Assembly: GCF_030144855.1 (NCBI RefSeq)
Contig: NC_082736.1
Span: forward strand, 25,482,001-25,546,000
Direction of reading: 5' to 3'
Length of the DNA: 64,000 bases
Source: Hypanus sabinus
Lineage: Eukaryota
The notes below the pieces were generated by a model. That model did not search any database and was not told the origin of the DNA. It was given only the letters and a program-made list of their open reading frames with translations. Numbering within the stretch: the first letter of the stretch is position 1; every line of letters begins with the position of its first letter. The position numbers and the translations under genes were made by a program. Positions 1 through 12,634 of this stretch are shown here, piece by piece.

Positions 1-78
1 GTGGAGGGAGCTTCACTCTGTGTCTGACCCCGGGAGTGTGTGATGGGACGGTGTGGAGGGAGCTTCACTCTGTGTCTG
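1..78. repeat. End of a 52-bp tandem satellite in a SART1 intron (reverse complement of the array at 31850-33677)
   Basis: gtggagggagcttcactctgtgtctgaccccgggagtgtgtgatgggacggt repeats at the window start; it is the reverse complement of the unit at 31850-33677. Confidence 0.9.
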
Positions 79-161
79 TGTGCTCTGGTTGTCTGTGAAG
101 CGCAGGCGAGGTGTTGATTGATGCTCTCGAACTGGAACCGATGTCTGTTGGATTCCTGTAG

Positions 162-272
162 GATTTTGAGGTGGACAACAAGGAGTCGTCAGAGGGAGAG
201 ATGGAGCTGGACCGAGACGAGACGGTGGGCTGGAGCATGGTGAACCTGGACGAGGAGAAGAGGCAGCCCGAG
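162..272 (+). CDS. SART1: SART1 (U4/U6.U5 tri-snRNP-associated protein 1, Snu66) internal coding exon; upstream exons lie outside the window
   Basis: tag|...|gtaagg; encodes DFEVDNKESSEGEMELDRDETVGWSMVNLDEEKRQPE, matching the SART1 GWSxVNLDEEK motif. Confidence 0.92.
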
Positions 273-809
273 GTAAGGTGACTGAGGAGAGCTCAGTACT
301 GTTGGCTCACTTCCCCTTCCCATCAGCTACAAGGGACCAGGGACCGTTTGGCCCAGTCTGAAGTTTCGAGGCCAGTGGTGCATGGGTAGAGCCCCTGCCT
401 CACAGCTCAGGGACCCCGTTCAATCCCGACTCCTGTGGAATCTGCGCGCTCTGCCCACGACCTCATGCTTCCCCTTCGGTGCTTCTGTTCCTTCCTAAAT
501 CCCGTACGACGTCTGGGTTCTGTGGCTGAATCGCCCTCTGTAATTTACCCCCAGTGTGTGGTTGAGGAGTATCATCTGGGGAGGGATGGGACGGCGATGA
601 GAGCTTGGATAAATTACGGGGATAGTGTGTGAGTATGTGATTGTGCTGAGAGCTAGCATAGAATCACTGGGCTGAATAGCCTATATTGTGAGGAACAATG
701 TTGAGAAGGGTGCGCCTCGGGCACTGGGCTGTTCCTTCTGCAATGGGAAAGCGTCCAGAAATTTAATACAGGTCCCAAATCTCAAAGGGCTTCAGTGGGG
801 TGAAAGATA

Positions 810-1620
810 AAAGATTGCTTAGTTACTTCCTGTACACAATCATACAGGAAAACAAGCTGCTACTCCAGATCAGATGAAGCACAAAAAACACACAAAGGTA
901 AAGTGGTGCTAGGCACAGGAGTGTCTGTACGTAAGGTGTCTGGCGGTGTCATGGTTTCTCGTGCCCCACAAACGACCAGGAGATGCAGAAGATTCAAGAA
1001 GTATTAAACTTTAATTTGCAAATCAAAGCTGAGACAGTCATTGAGCTAGTCGCCGGTTGCCCACCAATCCTTGTACATAGCATATTTTATCATAGCAATC
1101 TCCTGGTTTAGGAGCATTAGCATATCCAATCGGTCTATAGTTGCTTATCACACGTACATCGACCTCTATTGTTTCTACCCATTGACTTAATCATGTTCTA
1201 ATCTACATCTCTTAGCTGCCTCTCATTAACCCACCATTGTCTTCTACATTCTTAAGATTTCATTCTGCTACTAAATTGGATACATGCATAGCAAATAGCA
1301 AGTTCAAAGCTGACTACATAGTTTTGGTTACACAGCAAACAATGCAAGTTTTATACTCCAATAGCAGGAAATAATAAAGTAGTGGTGGGTGAGAGGGTGG
1401 AGGTGTTGATTAACCTCACTGCCTGGAGAAAGTAACTGCTTTTGAGTCTGGTGGTCCTGGTGTGGATGCTACGTAGCCTCCACCCTGTTGGGAGTGAGGC
1501 AGGGTGGGTGGGTTCCTTCATGGCGGTACTGGCCCTTTTCCAGCACCTTTCTGTATATACATCCTTAATGGTGGGTATGCTGGTACCAGTGATGCTTCGG
1601 GCATTCTGATCACCAGGTGG
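810..1620 (-). mobile_element. Degraded Rex1/Babar-like LINE 3' fragment, interrupted by the insertion at 947-1363
   Basis: Minus strand reads ...DVYTERCWKRAS...RLRSIHTRTTRLKSSYFLQAVRLIN, typical of this RT C-terminus. Confidence 0.6.
947..1363 (-). mobile_element. Probable solo LTR
   Basis: AT-rich block starting tgtc and ending caata (degenerate TG...CA); it splits a continuous repeat and has imperfect flanking gcgg/gcagg. Confidence 0.4.
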
Positions 1621-2188
1621 AAATGGTTTCTATCGTCAGGGGGCAGGTAGTCACGGAGAAACATCAGCAAGGCTCTGAGACTGGTGTTGTGGTCTGGCTG
1701 AACAGTGCGAACGGGCCCCAGGGGTTTCTAAAGGGAATCTGCTCCATGCCTGGAAAGGAGAGTCCTGAGTACGTGGCCTGATTGGAGACTCCAACCAAAG
1801 GGGCCAGGACAGGGTGGACGGGCTGATTGTCCTGTGATGATATGACATATTATCTGCCCGCTGTCCACCCATGTGATGGGGCCGGCTGTGGGGGACGCAG
1901 TCCTGCTCCTCGTGGGCACGGAATGAATTTCCCCAGGTTGGAAGGAATTCAGGGGAACCTGCTGTCTCAGGGGAGATGTTCCCTCACTCAGTGAAGGAGA
2001 CCTCTCACGGTCCTGTCCCAAAGTAAACATTTGCATTGCTCTGTCAGTGATTGTATTCAGCACCATTCCTGCACATAAGCTGCTTCCTGAGGTTAAATTT
2101 TATGTCACGACCCCTCTCTCACTTCTCAGAATTCATTAACAGCTGTTTCCCCTCTGCCATCTGATTTTCTAAATGGCTATTGAACCCA

Positions 2189-3575
2189 TGAATCACAGTG
2201 GATTTAATTCGGCTTTTTTATTTGACACTGAACAACAGAAATAGTTTCTTTTGTGTCAACATGAAAACCGATCTCTACAAAGTGATCTAAATTAATTACA
2301 AATATAAAATGCACAGTAATTGATTGCATAAGTATTTACACCCTTCAAGTCAGTATTTATTAGACGCACCTTTGGCATCAGCTGAAGCCTTGAGTCTGTG
2401 TGGATAGGTCTCTATCACAGTAATTTTCCCCCATTCTTCTTTACAGAACTGCTCAAGCTCTGTCAAATTGCATGGGGACCGTGAGCAAACAGCCTTTTCA
2501 AGTCCAGCCACGAATTCTCAATGGGATTAAGTTCTGGACTCTGACTTGGCCAGACAAAGATATTGACTTTGTTGTTTTTAATACATTACCATGTAGCTTT
2601 GATATTACACTTGCTGGAAAACCAATCTTCTCTCAAGCTGCAGTTCTCTTGCAGACTGCATCAGGTTTTCTTCCTGGATTTCCCTGCGTTTTTCTGCATT
2701 CGTTTTACTCTCTACCTTCACAAGCCTTCCGGGGCCTGCCGCAGTGAAGCATCCCCACAGCATGATGCAACTTATGCTGAAAATAGTTTTTAGTCTGATG
2801 GCCAAAAAGCTCAATTGTGGTTTCATCAGACCATACGGTAGAACCTTCTTCCAGCTGACTTCAGACTCTCCCACATGCCTTCTGGCAAACTCTAGCTGAG
2901 ATTTCATGTGAGTTTTTTTCAACAGTGGCTTTCTCTTTGCCACTCTCTCATAAAGCTGTGACCGGTGAAGCACCCGGGCAACAGTTGTTGTATGCGCAGT
3001 CTCTCCCATCTCAGCCACTGGAGCTTCTAACTCCTCCAGAGTTGTCATAGGTCTCTTGGTGGCCTCTCTCACTAGTCTCCTCCTTGCACGGTCACTCAGT
3101 TTTTGAGGATGGCTTACTCTATGCAAATTTACACTATAACCTTCTCATGGAGTTGCTTGGAGTGTTCCTTTGTCTTCGTGGTGTAGTTTTTGCCAGGATA
3201 CTGACTCACCAGCAGTCGGACCTTCCAAATACGGGTGTATTTTTACCACAATCAATTGAAACACCTCGACTGCACACAGGTCTCCAAAAACAAATCTCCA
3301 TTTAACTAATTATGTGACTTCTAAATCCAGCTGGCTGCACCAGTGATGATTTGGTGTGTCATATTAAACGAGGTGAATACTTATGCAATCAATTAATTTG
3401 TTTTATATTTGTAATTAATTTAGATCACTTTGTAGAGATCTGTTTTCACTTTGACACAGAAGAGTCTTTTTCTGTTGGTCAGTGTCAAAAAAAAGCCAAA
3501 TTAAATCCTCTGTAATTCAATGATATGAAACATGAAAACTCCCAAGGAGGGGTGAATGCTTTTTATCGACAATGT
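2189..3575 (-). mobile_element. Tc1/mariner DNA transposon, internally deleted, with long terminal inverted repeats
   Basis: ORF 2605-3126 encodes a Tc1 HTH (KLSDRARRRLVREATKRPMTTLEEL...KRKPLLKKTH) and MLWGCF; ~145 bp at 2198-2343 is the inverted repeat of 3373-3513. Confidence 0.9.
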
Positions 3576-3708
3576 GTATGTATTTATCATGAATTACATT
3601 GTACTGCTGTCTTTAAGTTAACAAATTTCACGACATGCCAGTGATAATAAACATTATTCTGATTTCTGCTCCCTCCCTCACCCCCGGCCCCCCCCCTCCC
3701 TTTCCCAG

Positions 3709-3796
3709 TTCTTAGCCACATCCACCACCATCCTGGATGAGGAGCCCATCGTGAACTGTGGGCTGGCGGCGGCTTTGCACCTCTGCAGAAACAAAG
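3709..3796 (+). CDS. SART1: SART1 coding exon
   Basis: tttcccag|...|gtgggt; FLATSTTILDEEPIVNCGLAAALHLCRNK(G); phase fits both neighbours. Confidence 0.95.
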
Positions 3797-4655
3797 GTGG
3801 GTAGACGCCCCTGTGCGCGGAGAACGTGGGCCGCGCGCTGTAGCGGCTGGGGGCCTGGAAAAGGTTAAGGAAAGATTTTAATGCCATTCAAAGGGGGCAG
3901 CGCAGTGCACAGTGGGTAGATCTGGGTTCGATCCTGACCACCAGCACTTCTCCCTGTGACCCCCATGTGGTTCTACTAGGTTTGCTAGTTCCCCGCTACA
4001 TCACATCCTTGTGCTGGGTAAGTGGGTTAATCGGCCACTATAAATTGCCTCTAGTGTGTGGGTGAGGGGATAGAATATCTGGGGAGTAGATGGGGAAAGT
4101 GGGGAGAGTAACAGGACTGGTCAGTGGGCCCTAGAGAGTACTGAGGAACAGAGGGGGCTGGCAGCACAGATAAATTGTGAAGAAGGCATGGAGGAAAAAG
4201 GTGGGGAGGGGGCAAAGATTATGAAGAAAGCATGGAAAGAAAGTCAGCTGGGTAGGGGTGCACTGACGTGCTGTGACCACTAGGGGGCAGACCGAACAAT
4301 TGCATGTTCCAAATGGCCTGCCAATATATACCCTTCGAACTGCCAGGCTCTCGTCCAGTGTTGTGGCTTCACCCCACCCCCTTTTACCTCCACTCCACGC
4401 TGAGCCGTTTGCGGCTGGAGGATGCGTGGTCTTGAGTGCCACCTGTCTCACCTGCATCCAGTTGGCGGTGACCCTGCTGAACGGAGTGTGGGCCACTAGG
4501 TAGGGGGAGAGTGCAGTCACACTCCCCAGTGCTCCTTTTGCCAGCAGACGGCTCCACAGCTGTGAGGGGAAGTTTGAAGGAGGGGCAGAGGGCGGGTGTA
4601 AATGAATGGCTTTGCCCCTAGTGACGGGTCCTTGTCCTGGTTTCTTGTTCTTCAG

Positions 4656-4746
4656 GGCTGCTGGACACCACGATGCAGAAGGTGGCTCGTGTCCGGTCCT
4701 CAGCCAAGACCCTTCCTTCAACTGTTTATGCCATTGAAGATAAAAT
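4656..4746 (+). CDS. SART1: SART1 coding exon
   Basis: ttcttcag|...|gtaagt; (G)LLDTTMQKVARVRSSAKTLPSTVYAIEDK(M). Confidence 0.95.
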
Positions 4747-4879
4747 GTAAGTCTTTACTGCGGGTAGACGGGAGCTTAACAACTAAGTTTGTGGCAGTGG
4801 GACAGAGCTCTTGAGTCCCAGATGGACGTGGAGGAGCGGTGGGGATCAGGTCCTGGAAACGGGAGTGCGAAGAGCAAGA

Positions 4880-6500
4880 AACTGTCTGTGAATCCTTTGC
4901 AATGACCTGGTTTTCTGCATTAATTACTCATAAAATGTGGTCTGATCTTCATCTAAGTCACAGTAACAGACAATCACAATCGGCCTAAACCAACAACACA
5001 AACAATTGTACTTGTTCACAGTCCAGGCTGGGAAAAGTATGTGAACCCTTGCATTTAATAACTGGTAGAACCTCCTTTAGCAGCAATAACCTCCACCAAA
5101 CGTTTCCTGTAGCTGTAGATCAGACTTGCACAATGGGCAAGGAGGAATTTTAGAGCATTCCTCCGTTAAAAACTGTTTCAGTTCATCAATATTTCCAGGA
5201 TACCTTGTATTAACAGCTCTCTTCAGGACATGCCACAACATCTCAATTGGGTTAAGGCATGGACTCTGACCTGGCCATTCCAACTTTTCTTCTTTTTAAA
5301 CTATTCTGTTGTTGATTTACCCTTGTGTTTCGGATCATTGTCTCGTTACGTCATCCAGCTTCTATTAAGCTTCAGGTGACGGACCGCTACCCTGACACTC
5401 TCCTGTAAAATGTCTCGATACAACTTTGAATTCATTGTTCCCTGAATGGTTGCAAGCTGACCAGGCCCTGAGGTAGCAAAGCAGCCCCAAACCACGATGC
5501 CCCTTCCACCCTGCTTCACAGTTGGGATGAGGTTTTCGAGTTAGTGTGCAGTGCCCCTTTCCCTCCGAACTTACCAATGTGCAACTCTGCCCAAAAAGTT
5601 CAACTTGTGTCTCATCTGTCCACAGAACATTGACCCAGCAGCGTTGTGGAACATCAAGGTGGTCTTTTGCAAACTTGAGATGTGCAGCAATGTTTTTTTT
5701 TAAAGAGAGCAGTGGTTTCCTCTGTGGTATCCTTCCATTCTTGTTCAGTGTTTTTCTTGTAGTGAACACATTGAACAGAAACTTCAGCAAGCTCTGGGGA
5801 TTTCTGCGGTCCTTTGCTGTTACCCAGGGTTCTTTATCACCTCCTTCAACACTGCGCATCGTGCTCTTGGTGTGACCTTTGCAGGATGCCCACTCCTAGG
5901 GAGGGTAGCAACAGTACTGAATTTCCTCCAGTTGTAGACAATTTCTCTTACTGTGGACTAATGAACACTCAGGTCTTTAGAAATGCTTTTGTAGTCTTTT
6001 GCAGCTTGACACATCTCTACAATTGTGTGGCACGTGGCCAAGTGGTTAAGGCGTTGGACTAGCAATCTGAAGGTCGTGAGTTCGAGCCCCAGCCTGAGGC
6101 AGCGTGGGCGTCCTTGAGCAAGGCACTCAACCACCCAGCTGAAAATGGGTGCCAGCAAAAAAAAATGCTGGGGGTTAACCTCACGATAGACTGGCGTCCT
6201 GTCGGGGTTGGGGGGGGAGAGCTTCACGCCACAGAAACTGGCATAAGCACCGGCCTGATGAGCCTACAAGGCTCGGGGCAGACTTTAACTTTTAACATCT
6301 CTACATTTCTTCTAAGGTCCTCTGAAAATTGTTTAGATCGGGGCATGGTGCACATAAATAGATCTCTCTTGATGAGAGCAGGCTCTGTCTTCGTGTGTCT
6401 ATATTTTACATAGGGCAGGCCACCTCTATAACCCACACCTCCAATCTCATCTCATTGATTGGAACACCCAACTCCAAAGAGATTTTGCAGAAAGCATTGT
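4880..6500 (-). mobile_element. Second degraded Tc1/mariner transposon
   Basis: ORFs carry VLWTDETQVELFG and EWPGQSPCLNPIEMLW (Tc1 DDE motifs) with frameshifts. Confidence 0.88.
6025..6294 (+). mobile_element. tRNA-derived SINE inserted into the Tc1 element
   Basis: A box tggccaagtgg and B box agttcgagcc, a gtccttgagcaaggcac core, and a target-site duplication acatctctaca at 6011-6021 and 6295-6305. Confidence 0.88.
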
Positions 6501-6797
6501 GAGGTTATTCTTACCCTCAGCCATTAGGCTCTATAATGATTCGACCTGTAGCCGGGGAAGTGGTGATCCCCTCCTGTTGGACTGTTACTAAGCTCTGTTT
6601 ACCACACCCTGCTGTTGCGGACTCCCCGTGCCAACTTACCATCACTTTTCCACGGACGGTGTGAATGTGCACCCTCTGCTGTGTAATATTACGGTAATTC
6701 TTTCACCACTATCTTATCCGTGTCAACTTGTAAATCTTGTAGTCTTTGACTTGTAAACCTTGTAGACCTTTTTTTAAAAATTCTTTCTTACTTCTAA

Positions 6798-7461
6798 TGT
6801 AACCCCTTGGGTCGCCTCAGGCTCGCTCAGCTCATTCTCGTCTAGGGGGAGCAGCCTTCGGCCCCGCCAAACTGGGTAATCAGCTGGTGTGGATGCTGTG
6901 TGATGTCCCCGCCTCGCCCAAAAACAGACAGTACACCATATGCGATTAAATGAGTACAATTTATAAAGGTTACTATAACTAAGTGATTAATAATGATACA
7001 GTATATATGAAGAGAAAATTAAAGAAAAGGCGCCAAACTTATCAAAATCCAAACCACTTCGTGCACAGCCGTTGGAGCTCAATTACTGAAGTCTTCTGGC
7101 CACCATTCACTCCCCTCCGAACTCCTCGACTCGCAGCTCAGGACCCTCCGAACTCCCCGACTCTCCAAACAGCTCAGGACCCTCCGAGTGGTCAACCAAG
7201 CACATCTAGCTTCATCCCCCCCCCCTCGGAGAATCTCCCGGCCTCGGACCCCCCTTTGGGGTCCGATCCTCGCCCAGCTTAGAGCATTGCGTCCTCTCTC
7301 TCGACCCCCTCGCGTCGATCTGCCCAAAAGCCCGTCAACAAAAGCTTACAGACTCAGAAGAAAGAACATTAATCCCCATTTGGTTTACAAAGGAATACCA
7401 TTCTCGTTATCAGTAAATTAGCATTCCTGCTAGTTAACAAAAAGAAGAAACCCTCTTTACA
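6798..7461. mobile_element. Solo LTR (664 bp) nested in a Rex1-like LINE tail (~6500-7520)
   Basis: Inverted termini tgtaa...ttaca with a 4-bp TSD ctaa at 6794-6797 and 7462-7465. Confidence 0.85.
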
Positions 7462-8229
7462 CTAATATTTGTAATGCTCCTGTGATGCTGTCATTTCCTT
7501 TGGGATCAGTAAAGTCTGTCAGTAATAGGGGGGTCTGACTGGGTCTGGCTTCGAGAGCCAAGAGGTAGTGTTGCAGCTCTATAAAACACTGAGAGCATGG
7601 TGTTCAGTTCTGGTCTCCTTATGAGAGGGTGCAGAGGCAATCCACCAGGATTCTGCCTAGATGAGAGAGCATGTCTAATGAGCGAGTGAGGGTTTTCTCT
7701 TTGTAGCGAAGGAGAATGAGAGGTGACTTGCTAGAGGTGTACAGGATAATCTTAGACATAGAGTGGGCAGCCAGAGACTCTTTCCCAAAGAGGCTATTAG
7801 GTGTCTGGGGGTAAATATAGGAGATTGGCGGAGGTAGTTATTTTTCAAACGTGCCAGGGATGGTGGTGGAGTCATGTACGGAACTCTTAGATGGGCATAG
7901 GGATGAAAGAAAAATGGAGTCTTATCTATTACCCCAGAGGTTCATGTACTGTTTTGAACCGAGACTGTGATCGTTTAAATGTTGTACTCAGTATTGATGA
8001 GAAGAAGTGCAATTGTTTGTGTGCTATTAGTTTAGGCAGATTGTGTTGTTATGAGCTAGATGAAGATCAGGCCACATTTTACGAGTAATTAATGCAGAAA
8101 ACCAGGTGATTGCAAAGGGTTCCCAAGATTTTCCTTGCAAGTGTTTGTCATTAGCTCCGAGGGGAGCAAAGGGAACCCCAGCAACAAACGATTGCCTGCT
8201 ACTGAAACCGTAAGAGATTCCGCAAATGC

Positions 8230-9000
8230 CAGAAATCCGGAGCAGTACGCACACAAAATTCCGGAGGAACTCGGCAGGTCAGGCAGCATCTGTGGAGAGG
8301 AATAGGCTGTCAACATTATGGGCCAAGAGCCTCCATCAGGACTGGAAAGGAAGGGGACAGAAGCTAGGAGGCGAGGAGTACAAACTGGCAGATGATAGAT
8401 GGAGCAGGGTGGGAGGGATGGATGAAGTAAGAAGCTGGGAGGTGATAGGTGGAGCAGGGTGGGGGGGGATGGATGAAGTAAGAAGCTGGGAGGTGATAGG
8501 TGGAGCAGGGTGGGGGGGGATGGATGAAGTAAGAAGCTGGGAGGTGATAGGTGGAGCAGGGTGGGGGGGATGGATGAAGTAAGAAGCTGGGAGGTGATAG
8601 GTGGAGCAGGGTGGGGGGGATGGATGAAGTAAGAAGCTGGGAGGTGATAGGTGGAAGAGGGAAAGGGCTGAAGAAAAAGGAAGTTGACAAAAGTATAGAA
8701 AAATAGAGGACTATGAACAACCCTAGTAATTTCTATGGCAGAGACATGTTTGACACAACTTTGTGGGCCGAAGGGCCTGTATTGTGCTGTAGATTTTCTA
8801 TATTTCTGAGTGTGGACTGAGGAGGAAAAGGGAAAGAGGGGGTACTAGAGGGAAGTGATCGGTTGGTTGAGGAGAAGAGAAGGGGTAAGAGGAGAGCCGG
8901 AATGGGAAAAGAGAGGGGGGAGGATGAGAAATTGCTGAGAGAAAGCGATGTTGCTGCTGTCATGTTGGAGACTGCCCAGATGGAATATTGTCTGCCTTAG
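8230..9000 (-). mobile_element. Penelope-like element remnant containing a ~50-bp tandem repeat
   Basis: Shares the acacaaaat..ggaggaactc..caggtcaggcagcatc terminus and GA-rich tail with the GIY-YIG-bearing fragments elsewhere in the window. Confidence 0.55.
8401..8655. repeat. ~50-bp tandem repeat x5
   Basis: ggagcagggtgggggggatggatgaagtaagaagctgggaggtgataggt repeated 5 times. Confidence 0.92.
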
Positions 9001-9984
9001 CAAGCGGTGCGTCCCGTCGTGGCCTCCGTTGTTGTTAGGAATGGGGTTCCTGGGTTTCGACCCAGTTATGGTGAAGGGAAGGCGATGCAGTTCCGAGTTT
9101 GGGCATGTGTGATTGAGAGGGGGAAGAGTGGGCGGTGGTGTTCCCCTGGGGCAGTCCAGGCGGCCTGCATGCGGTGCATTTTGTGGTCGGCGGTAGAGGG
9201 AGGGAGCGTTTAGAAGGACAGACAGGGTGCCGATCAAGCAGGCTGATCGGATGGTGTTGAACTCTTTTGGGTCATTGGAGTCATACCCACCCGGGCGAGA
9301 GTGCTCCCCGATGGGGGAAGGGTGTTGGGCCTGAGGCCCAGTTTCTCTAGCTGCCGGTAAGGAGGCTCTCATCAGTGAAGGAGCCAGTGAATGTGAAGCA
9401 GGCAACAGACAAAATGCTGGAGGAACTCAGCAGGTCAGGCAGCATCTGTGGAGGGGGAGCAAACAGTCAAAGACTTGGGCTGAGACCCTTCGACAGGGTC
9501 CCGTCCCCCCACGTGCTGCCTGACCTGCCGAGTTCCTCCAGCAGTCATAAACGTAGCTTCTCGGTCCGGAGTGCCGACTGTTCATTTCCCTCCGCAGTCA
9601 CTTCCCGACTCTCCGAGTTCCTCCAGAGTTCTGTGTGCGCGCACGCGTTGCTCCATCTCTCCTATGGTCTTCGCCAGCGGGAAGGACCGCTAAGGTGTGC
9701 CTGTGCTCGCATCTCCTGCCACTGGCGCACGAAGGAATTTAAACTGCACATAGAAGGTTGTCACCCTCTACCTCGTTTGCGTGTTCAGTTTGTTTCACAA
9801 CCCTGCACAATCGCATTTCCCCTTCGGGTTTCTGATGCGGGCGGTGCCACCGATGTGGAGTTTGAGACGATCCCTCTGCAGATCTCAGAACTGGCTTATT
9901 TGTCCTGTTCTGACTGAGGAAATTATTCATTGCACGCACCCTGCTGTCACTGGACAAAAGAATGTTTTGCACACACTGATCTTT

Positions 9985-10870
9985 GCAAATTCGAGGGAAT
10001 GTTGCCGCAGAGCCGTCTAGTTCTCTTTCATCCATGTGCCTGTCCGTGAGGTCCTTGCATGCATCTAGCACCATCCCTGGCACGGTATCGTACGTATAAC
10101 TACCTCCGCCAATCTCCAGTATTTTCCTCTGGACACCTTAATACCCTCTTGTATTAGTCATTTCTGCCCTGGGGAGAAAGGCCTCTGGCTATCTACTCAA
10201 TCTGTGCCTCTTATCTTGCACACCTCTATCAGCTCACCCCTCATCCTCCTCCTCTCCAAAGAGAAGAGCCTTAGCTTGCTCAGCCTTCCCTCACAAGACG
10301 TGCTCTCCAATCCAGGCAGCATCCTGGTGAATCTCCTCCGCACCGTCTCTAAAGGTTCCACATCCTTCCTATAATGACGTGACCGGAGCTGAACACAATC
10401 CTCTCAGTGTGGTTTAACTAGAGTTTTATAGAGCTGCAACATTACTCCTCGTGCCTCTTGAAATTAGGCCCCCGATTATTGAAGACCAACACCTTAACGA
10501 TAAGAACATGGGTAATAAGAAATAGGGACCAGAGTCGGCCATCTGGCCCGTCGAGCCTGCCCCACCATACAATAAGATCATGGCTGATCTGGCCATGGAC
10601 TCATCTCCACCTACCTGCCTTTTCCCATAACCCTGTGCAAAAATCTATCCAGCCTTGTCTTAAATATATTTACTGAGGTAGCCTCCACTGCTTCACTGGG
10701 CAGAGAATTGCACAGATTGTCCACTCTCTGGGAAATGCAGTTCTTCCTCATCTCTGTCCTAAGTCTACTCCCCTGAATCTTGAGGCTATGTGCTCTAGCT
10801 CTAGTCTCACCTACCATGGAAACTACTTTCCTGCCTCTGCCTTGTCTATCCCTTTCATAATTTTCATAAA
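9985..10870 (-). mobile_element. CR1 LINE 3' fragments
   Basis: Minus ORFs resemble the CR1 ORF2 C-terminus (SQRVDNLCNSLPSEAVEATSVNIFKTRLDRF). Confidence 0.8.
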
Positions 10871-11048
10871 CCACCCAGACAACTTGCCCGATGACACAGG
10901 GATGTGAGCCCCCCACAGCGGAAGCTCGGTCGACGCCTGCAGAAGGTGGGGTTGAACAGCCCCAATCCGAGGCATGATGATCTCCAGGGCAGATGGTGGG
11001 GGTCTATCCGGCCCAGCTGTGGACTCTAACCGTGGTGCTTTGGTGCAG

Positions 11049-11184
11049 GTTAATAGACGACAAGTACAGCAGGCGGGAGGAGTATCGCGGCTTCACGCAG
11101 GAGTTCAAGGAGAAGGAAGGGTACCGGCCCGACGTGAAGATCGACTACGTCGACGAGTCGGGGAGGAGACTGACTCCTAAAGAG
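11049..11184 (+). CDS. SART1: SART1 coding exon
   Basis: tgcag|...|gtagga; [45 protein letters not shown]. Confidence 0.96.
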
Positions 11185-11874
11185 GTAGGAGAAGGTCCTG
11201 GGAGCGGCTGGGGAGCAGCGTGGTTCCGCTGTGTTCTGTCCGGGCATGTGTCCATTCTCGAGAATTCTTGGAGAGGGATCATGTGTCCAGCATAGAGGTG
11301 TTCCGGGACCGTTGGGCGCCCCGGGGGATAAATGCCATTCTTGACAGGGATGGGGATGTTTTCACTTGTGAGTACTGAAGCAAAGTATTCATTTAGGACC
11401 TGCCCAACCTCCTCTGCCTTCAGGCACATGTTGCCCTCTTTATCCTTTAGTGGCCCCACCTTCATTCTTGTCATTCTTCCTCACATACGCATAGAACGCC
11501 TTGGGGTTCTCCTTAATCCTACATGCCAAGGGCTTCTCATGCCACCTTCGAGCTGTCCTCAGTCCTTTCTTAAGCTCCTTCCTGGCTACCCTATATTTCT
11601 CATGAGCCCCTCCTGCTTCTTATATCTAACATATGGTTCCTTCTTTCTCTTGACGAGTTGCCCCACGTGAAACATGTCAGCCATGGTTCCTTTTTCCTAC
11701 CATTTTTTTCCCTTGTCTCAGTGGGACAAACCTATCCTGAACCCAGCCCAAGTGGTCCCTAAACTTCCTCCACATTCCTTCTGTGCTTTCACCCTTGAAC
11801 ATCTGTTTACAGTCCACTCTCGCTAGTTCCTGCCTCATCCCTTCAGAGTTAGCCCTTGCCCAGTTCAGTAACTC

Positions 11875-12035
11875 AAACAACCACACGTTACAACAGCGGT
11901 GTGCAGAGGAGCATCTCTGAACACACAACTCGTCGAAGCTTAAAGTGGACGGGCTACAGCAGCAGGAGACCACGAACGTACACTCAGTGGCCACTTTATT
12001 GGGTCCAAGAGGTGCCTCACAGTGGCCACTGAGTC
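11875..12035. mobile_element. Tc1-derived MITE fragment with a short inverted repeat
   Basis: actcagtggccact ... agtggccactgagt inverted pair, preceded by Tc1-like sequence. Confidence 0.6.
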
Positions 12036-12634
12036 TATTTCCAATATATTGAATTTCGGGTGTGTTGTCTGGCCATTAACTGCGATGCTCATGGTGGAGA
12101 AGGTGAATGTTCTGTGTCACTGCCTCTCCGCTCCAGCTCCGTCCGTTCTCCCTGTGACGGCTGCGGTTTCTCCCAGATGCTCCAGTTCCCTCCTGCAAAT
12201 CCCTTGCGATCGATGGACTCCGTAAATCACTGTACGTTAACGGGAGCACGGGTGTAAGTGGAGTCGATGGGCAGGTTGGAGGGTGGGGAGGGAATAAGTT
12301 GCAGAGGTGGAGGGGGATTGTACTGATTCGGGAGCTAGCAAGGAGCAGAGGGCAGAATGGACTTCTATGAAGGCGTTTGGGTTTCTGCTTTCTGCTGGAG
12401 TGGATTTGCAGGAACGGGAGGGGGAATCACTCACCAATGCTTCCCATTCTGTTCACCTGGCCCCCACAACTCGGGATGAAATAAACCCATAAGCCAAAGG
12501 ATCAGCATTAAGCCATTTGGCCCATTGAGTCTGCTCCACCATTCCATCCCGGCTGCTTTATCATCCCTCTCAACCCTTCTCCCCGTAACCTTTGACGCCC
12601 TGACTAATCTTAGTCAAGTGAAGCTACCCACGTC

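Noticed and set aside
6025-6100. tRNA gene
   Set aside because: It is the tRNA-like head of a SINE, with body, tail and TSD
9560-9960. Non-repetitive intronic stretch in SART1 as a possible snoRNA or hidden exon
   Set aside because: I could not identify convincing box motifs, splice-phase fit or protein similarity
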